Source of the DNA: an uncultured bacterium | GTDB lineage: Bacteria > Actinomycetota > Thermoleophilia > Solirubrobacterales > 70-9 | NCBI GenBank assembly: GCA_963772035.1 | Contig: CAVYVT010000005.1 | Location: forward strand, 98,189 to 162,188 | DNA length: 64,000 bases | Direction of reading: 5' to 3' | Shown: positions 59,849-64,000 of the stretch, one piece after another | Position numbering within the stretch: position 1 is the first letter of the stretch | Layout of the letters: every line of letters starts with the position of its first letter | Translations under genes and position numbers: made by a program | The notes under the pieces: generated by a model | The model's input: only the letters and a program-made list of their open reading frames with translations | Databases searched by the model: none | Told to the model about the DNA's origin: nothing

Positions 59849-60825
59849 GCGTCCGGCGCCGGAGCCCAGCTCTCCGGGTGGTCCCGGTACCAGGCGAGCG
59901 TCCGCTCGAGGCCATCCTCGAGCCCGACCTCCGGCTCCCAGCCAAGCGTCTCGCGAAGCTTCGTCGGGTCGACGTACTGCTTGTCGATCTCGCCCTCCGG
60001 GTTGCCGGTGCCCCTGACGTCCGGCTCCACGCCGGTGCCGGCGAGCCGAGTGATCGTCTCGATCACGTCGAGCACCCGGTAGGAGCGCCCGCCCCCCGCG
60101 TTGAACGCCTCGCCGCGCACGTCGTCGCGGTCGAGCCCGTCGGCGATCGCCAGGTAGGCGCTTGCGGCGTCCTCGACGTAGAGGAAGTCGCGCTCGGGGG
60201 ATCCGTCTGAGCGCAGGACGGGGGCGCGGCCATCGAGCGCCGCGCTCACGGCCTCCGGGATCAGCCGGGAGAAGTTGAGGTCGCCGCCGCCGTAGATGTT
60301 CGCGAAGCGGGTGACCGCGACCGGCAGGCCGTACGAGTGCCAGTAGGAGCGGGCGATCAGGTCAGCCGCGGCCTTTGACGCCTCATAGGGCGCCGTCGGT
60401 TGGAGCGGGAAGTCCTCGCGATAGGGAAGCGTCTCGTGAGCGCCGTACGCCTTGTCGGACGAGGCGAAGACGACCCTCTCGACTCCATGATCGAGGCAGG
60501 CCTGAAGAAGCGTCCACGTCCCGCGCACGTTCGACTCGAAACCGCGCACGGGCGACTCCTGCACCGTCGAGACGATCGTCTCGGCCGCGAGGTGAAAGAC
60601 GGTGTCGACGTCATTGTCCGCCAGGACACGCTCCAGCTCCGCGGCGTCGCACAGATCTCCCTCGACCTGGACGAGGTCCTCCTCGATGCCGAGCATGCCG
60701 ACGGCCGACGGCTTCTCCGTCACACGGCGCCTGTCGAAGGAGACGACCGTGTCGCCTCGCTCCAGGAGCGCCCTGGCAAGCCAGCCACCAACGAATCCGC
60801 GAGCTCCCGTAACAAGGGATGTCAT
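59845..60825 (-). CDS. NAD-dependent sugar epimerase/dehydratase (extended SDR, CDP-glucose 4,6-dehydratase-like)
   Basis: Motifs VTGARGFVGGWL, SSDKAYG and YEASKAAAD (YxxxK). Confidence 0.8.
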   Translation of the reverse strand: MTSLVTGARGFVGGWLARALLERGDTVVSFDRRRVTEKPSAVGMLGIEEDLVQVEGDLCDAAELERVLADNDVDTVFHLAAETIVSTVQESPVRGFESNVRGTWTLLQACLDHGVERVVFASSDKAYGAHETLPYREDFPLQPTAPYEASKAAADLIARSYWHSYGLPVAVTRFANIYGGGDLNFSRLIPEAVSAALDGRAPVLRSDGSPERDFLYVEDAASAYLAIADGLDRDDVRGEAFNAGGGRSYRVLDVIETITRLAGTGVEPDVRGTGNPEGEIDKQYVDPTKLRETLGWEPEVGLEDGLERTLAWYRDHPESWAPAPDA

Positions 60826-60871
60826 GAGGGGCTTTGCCCCGAAAGCGGCATGTGCAGGTGGTTGTCTTGCG

Positions 60872-61630
60872 TCACTTCGCTCCCGCCCGATCGCGGTCCC
60901 AGATCTGCCAGGGTGCCTGGCCGCCGTTCCACAGGTCGTTCAAGACAACAGCGTCCTTGTATGTGTCCATGCAGTCCCAAAAGCCGCCGTGCCGGTACGC
61001 GGCCAACTCGCCCTCGGCCGCCGCGGTCTCCAGCGGCTCGCGCTCGAGCACATGGTCGTCCTCAACCCAATCGAGAAAAGCCGGCTCGCAGCAGAAGAAG
61101 CCGCCGTTGATCCAGTAGTCGAGGCGCGGCTTCTCCTCGAAGCCGCCGATCCGGTCCTCGTCGTCGATCACGGCTATTCCCCACTGGCTGTATGGACGGA
61201 CGACGGTCATCGTCGCCGCGGAGCCTTTCCCCGCGTGAAACGCCAGGAGCGCATCGAGGTCGATGTCCGCGACGCCGTCCGCGTAGGTGAGACAGAACGT
61301 CCCGCCGCTCAGCACATCGGCTGCACGGGCGACCCGGCCGCCGGTCGGGGTGTCCTGCCCGGTGTCGAGGCAGGTGATCTCGATCGGCTCGCCCCACTCC
61401 TCGGCGGCGACGAAGTCCTCGATCATCTCGCCCAGGTACCCGGTCAGGAGAACGAACCTGCGAAAGCCCTGCGCCGCGTAGATGTTGATGACGTGCCAGA
61501 GAATCGGCTTGCCGCCGATCTCGACCAATGCCTTCGGGATCGCATGCGTCTGCTCGCGCAACCTCGTGCCCCTGCCTCCGCAGAGGATCGCGACGGGAAT
61601 GTCCGCCGCTCGAGGCGGGTTAGCGCCCAC
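60872..61630 (-). CDS. rfbF: Glucose-1-phosphate cytidylyltransferase
   Basis: Motifs VAILCGGRGTRLRE..PKALVEIGGKPILWH and C-terminal YRHGGFWDCMDTYKD. GTG start at 61630 lies 11 nt inside the preceding gene. Confidence 0.8.
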   Translation of the reverse strand: MGANPPRAADIPVAILCGGRGTRLREQTHAIPKALVEIGGKPILWHVINIYAAQGFRRFVLLTGYLGEMIEDFVAAEEWGEPIEITCLDTGQDTPTGGRVARAADVLSGGTFCLTYADGVADIDLDALLAFHAGKGSAATMTVVRPYSQWGIAVIDDEDRIGGFEEKPRLDYWINGGFFCCEPAFLDWVEDDHVLEREPLETAAAEGELAAYRHGGFWDCMDTYKDAVVLNDLWNGGQAPWQIWDRDRAGAK

Positions 61631-61895
61631 CGGCGACTGCCGGAAGGATCGTCACTTCGTCACCGTCGGAGAGCTCGGTCTCGAGCCCTTCCTGAAACCG
61701 GATGTCCTCGCCGGACACGTAGACGTTGACGAAGCGGCGCAGAGTGCCGTCCTCGGTGATGCGCTCACGCAGGCCGTCGTGCTGATCGAAGACGGCATCG
61801 AGCGCTTCGCCGACGGTTCCCCCCTCGACTTCCACTTCGCCTTCTCCGCCCGTGGCCGGGCGAAGCTGACTCGGGATCTTGACTGTGATCGCCAT
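61620..61895 (-). CDS. CysO/MoaD/ThiS-type beta-grasp sulfur-carrier protein (ends ..AVAGG-R)
   Basis: 91 aa, nearly colinear with my memory of M. tuberculosis CysO: ITVKIPSQLRPATGG..RRFVNVYVSGEDIRFQEGLETELSDGDEVTILPAVAGGR. Confidence 0.75.
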   Translation of the reverse strand: MAITVKIPSQLRPATGGEGEVEVEGGTVGEALDAVFDQHDGLRERITEDGTLRRFVNVYVSGEDIRFQEGLETELSDGDEVTILPAVAGGR

Positions 61896-61920
61896 CGATT
61901 CGGGAATCTACCGAAAGAGG

Positions 61921-63150
61921 CTAGGCCGATGCGGCAGCCGCGAGCGCCTCGTCCAGCGATTCGATCCGTGGCTCGATCTCGTGCATGTGGTGCCCATCGC
62001 GCACTGCGTCGAGCGTCTTGAGGCCCTCGCCGGTGATGTAGGCGACGACGCGCTCGTCGCGCGAGATGTCGCCGCGCTCCGCGAGCTTCGCCAGGGTCGC
62101 GATCGTGACGCCGCCGGCGGTCTCGGTGAAGATGCCGGTCGTCTCGGCCAGCAGGCGGATGCCGGCACGGATCTCGTCGTCGCTTACGCCGTCCACCCCG
62201 CCGCCGGTCCGGCGAGCCAGCTCCAGCGCGTAGGGGCCATCGGCGGGGTTTCCGATCGCCAGCGACTTGGCGATCGTGTCGGGGCGTTGCGGCTTGCAGA
62301 CGTCCCAGCCCTCGGCGTAAGCGGTCGCGACCGGCGAGCATCCATTCGCCTGCGCTCCGTTGAACGTCGGAAGCTCACCGTCGACGAGCCCGAGATCGAG
62401 CCATTCCTCGAAGCCTCGAGCGATCTTCGTAAAGAGCGAGCCCGAGGCGATCGGGCAGACCACGCGGTCCGGAAGGGTCCAACCAAGCTGCTCGACGGTC
62501 TCGTAGGCGAGAGTCTTGGAGCCCTCGGCGTAGTACGGGCGCAGGTTCACGTTCACGAACGCCCAAGGCCGCTCCTCGCAGAGCTCCGTGCAGAGGCGGT
62601 TCACGTCGTCGTAATTGCCGTGGACACCGACCAGGTTCGTCCCGTAGACGCCCGTAGCCAGGAGCTTCTGCTCCTCCAGGTTCGCCGGCACGAAGACGTA
62701 GGACTCAAGGCCGGCCGCCGCGGCATGGGCGGCAACCGCGTTCGCAAGGTTTCCGGTCGAGGCGCAAGCCACGGTCTCGAAGCCCAGCTCCTGGGCCTTT
62801 GCCACTGCCACTGCGACAACCCGGTCCTTGAACGAATGGGTCGGGTTTGCGGCGTCGTTCTTGACCCAGAGCTCGCCGATCCCGAGGCGATCAGCCAGGC
62901 GGTCGGCGCGAACCAGTGGCGTCAGCCCCGGCTCGAGCGGGTCCTTGGGGCGCCCCGTGAAGGGCAGGAAGTCTGAGTAGCGCCAGATACCCGCGGAGCC
63001 GGCCTGGATCTTCCGCTTGATCTCGGCGGCGTCGGAGCCGGCCGTCTCGTAGGTGACCTCCAGCGGGCCGAAGCAGGCCTCGCAGAAGTAGCGCGCGTCG
63101 AGCGGGTACTCAGCCTTGCACTCCTTGCAAGAAAGGGAAGTGGGTGCCAT
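61921..63150 (-). CDS. Threonine-synthase-fold PLP enzyme with N-terminal zinc ribbon (candidate homocysteine synthase)
   Basis: 409 aa with CKEC..13..CEAC ribbon and PLP-lysine motif THSFKDR. GGAGGA SD before the ATG at 63150. It lies directly downstream of a SAM-I riboswitch. Confidence 0.85.
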   Translation of the reverse strand: MAPTSLSCKECKAEYPLDARYFCEACFGPLEVTYETAGSDAAEIKRKIQAGSAGIWRYSDFLPFTGRPKDPLEPGLTPLVRADRLADRLGIGELWVKNDAANPTHSFKDRVVAVAVAKAQELGFETVACASTGNLANAVAAHAAAAGLESYVFVPANLEEQKLLATGVYGTNLVGVHGNYDDVNRLCTELCEERPWAFVNVNLRPYYAEGSKTLAYETVEQLGWTLPDRVVCPIASGSLFTKIARGFEEWLDLGLVDGELPTFNGAQANGCSPVATAYAEGWDVCKPQRPDTIAKSLAIGNPADGPYALELARRTGGGVDGVSDDEIRAGIRLLAETTGIFTETAGGVTIATLAKLAERGDISRDERVVAYITGEGLKTLDAVRDGHHMHEIEPRIESLDEALAAAASA

Positions 63151-63186
63151 TTGTCGTTAGTCCTCCAGTTCGGTTGGTCGTCTTTG

Positions 63187-63216
63187 AAAACGAAAACCTC
63201 TGCTGTGACAGAGGCC
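63187..63216 (-). terminator. Riboswitch expression-platform terminator
   Basis: The minus strand reads GGCCUCUG-UCACAG-CAGAGG followed by UUUUCGUUUU, 37 nt upstream of the ATG at 63150. Confidence 0.8.
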
Positions 63217-63232
63217 CAATCTGGAGCTCCGT

Positions 63233-63345
63233 TCACATCTACCAGGCACGTTGCCTGCTGGAATTGGCACCTGCTTTGGATCGTAAGATCCGCAGTGGTT
63301 GCCGGGGTTTCATAGGGCCAGTCCCTCCACCCCTCTGGATGCAGC
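63233..63345 (-). promoter_or_regulatory. SAM-I (S-box) riboswitch aptamer
   Basis: The minus strand reads GCAUCCAGAGGGGUGGAGGGACUGGCCCUAUGAAACCCCGGCAACC-(P3)-GGUGCCAAUUCCAGCAG-(P4)-GGUAGAUGU. This matches the conserved S-box core (AUCnAGAGnGGnGGAGGGAnUGGCCCnAUGAAnCCCnGCAACC...GGUGCnAAUUCC...AGAUG). Confidence 0.92.
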
Positions 63346-63441
63346 GGTTATGTGCAAGGGATCGTACCAACGGTGCGGGCGCCTGGCAAGCGGGGTAATC
63401 TGGTTGAACGATGCCCCGCGACGCAACACCCGAGCCGGCAG

Positions 63442-64000
63442 ATGCCGAGCCTTCCGAAGCCGAGACTGCGTCGCCCCTCCCGGGCGTCAATCGCCCCTGC
63501 GGCGACTGACCAGCAGGAACGCACCCCGCGCGTCGAGGTAATCGACCACGGCGGTTTCCGCTGGGTCAACATCGAACGCCCCGGGCAGCTCGAAGCCGGC
63601 TGGCTGGAGGAGCACTACGACTTTCACCCGCTGGACCTCGAGGACGTTCTGTCGCGCAATCAGCGCCCGAAGATCGACGAGTACCCCGACTACCTCTTCA
63701 TCGTCCTCCACTTTCCGGTCTTCGACCGCTCCGTCGGCCGCCTGAACGCGGGCGAGCTCGACCTTTTCGTCGGGCGCGACTACATCGTCACGATCCCGAA
63801 CACGCCCCTCCAGCCGGTCGAGTACCTCTTCGAGCGCTGCCGCCAGAAAGAGGAGTTGCGCGAGCAGCTCTTCTCCAGGGGCTCGGGATTCCTGCTCTAT
63901 CGCATCGTGGACGACGGCTTCGACTACTGCTTCCCGATGCTGCGAAAGATCGGCAACAAGCTCGACGCGGTCGAAGACGAGATCTTCGAAGGCGCTGCCG
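63442..64000 (+). CDS. corA: Magnesium/cobalt transporter CorA (N-terminal part; continues past the window end)
   Basis: Hand translation gives VEVIDHGGFRWVNIERP..EEHYDFHPLDLEDVLSRNQRPKIDEYPDYLFIVLHFPVF..LDLFVGRDYIVTI. The start is uncertain: ATG at 63442 is the only in-frame start codon before the conserved region. Confidence 0.8.
   Translation, partial: MPSLPKPRLRRPSRASIAPAATDQQERTPRVEVIDHGGFRWVNIERPGQLEAGWLEEHYDFHPLDLEDVLSRNQRPKIDEYPDYLFIVLHFPVFDRSVGRLNAGELDLFVGRDYIVTIPNTPLQPVEYLFERCRQKEELREQLFSRGSGFLLYRIVDDGFDYCFPMLRKIGNKLDAVEDEIFEGAA

Noticed and set aside
63346-63441. Mg2+ (M-box) riboswitch in front of corA
   Set aside because: The available leader is under 100 nt, too short for the element of about 160 nt, and no conserved M-box helices were recognisable.

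Overview
This is a visibly high-GC (not computed) chromosomal core segment with actinobacterial-type gene order. My inference is a deep-branching Actinomycetota lineage, because it has both RNase Y and RNase J together with MihF. Almost all genes are on the minus strand and tightly packed, and many start and stop codons overlap (ATGA, GTGA, TGATG).

Reading the minus strand from 64 kb down to 1, the order is:
- SAM-I riboswitch, ThrC-like enzyme, CysO/MoaD-like sulfur carrier, rfbF, and an SDR.
- A MerR-linked accessory patch.
- tRNA-Arg(CCG), a PD-(D/E)XK endonuclease and rnz.
- pyrR-pyrB-pyrC-carA-carB-pyrK-pyrD.
- mihF-gmk-rpoZ-coaBC.
- dtd, then rimP-nusA-infB-rbfA-nrnA-truB-ribF-rpsO-pnp.
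- M16 peptidase-dapB-amidase-dapA-rnj.
- A two-component system, ftsK, and a Ser/Thr kinase with an FHA-LuxR module.
- cinA, several secreted proteins, thpR-recA-recX and rny.

I found no CRISPR array, rRNA, transposase, integrase or obvious defence system.

The most interesting items are:
1. A textbook SAM-I riboswitch in front of a threonine-synthase-fold enzyme and a CysO-like carrier. This is a candidate thiocarboxylate-dependent homocysteine route, and the carrier gene overlaps CDP-sugar genes.
2. Three housekeeping genes (cinA, ftsK, pyrC), and possibly corA, each need a one-base skip to be read. This is most likely an assembly error but needs checking.
3. A Ser/Thr kinase, SnoaL and FHA-LuxR module with a repeated GGTGCCTGG palindrome.
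4. A MerR and hendecad-repeat protein pair divergent from an uncharacterised His-rich polytopic membrane protein operon.
5. A free-standing homing-endonuclease-like PD-(D/E)XK gene next to a tRNA.

The ORF track accepts ATG, GTG and TTG starts and omits ORFs that run off the window. rny and corA were therefore read by hand.
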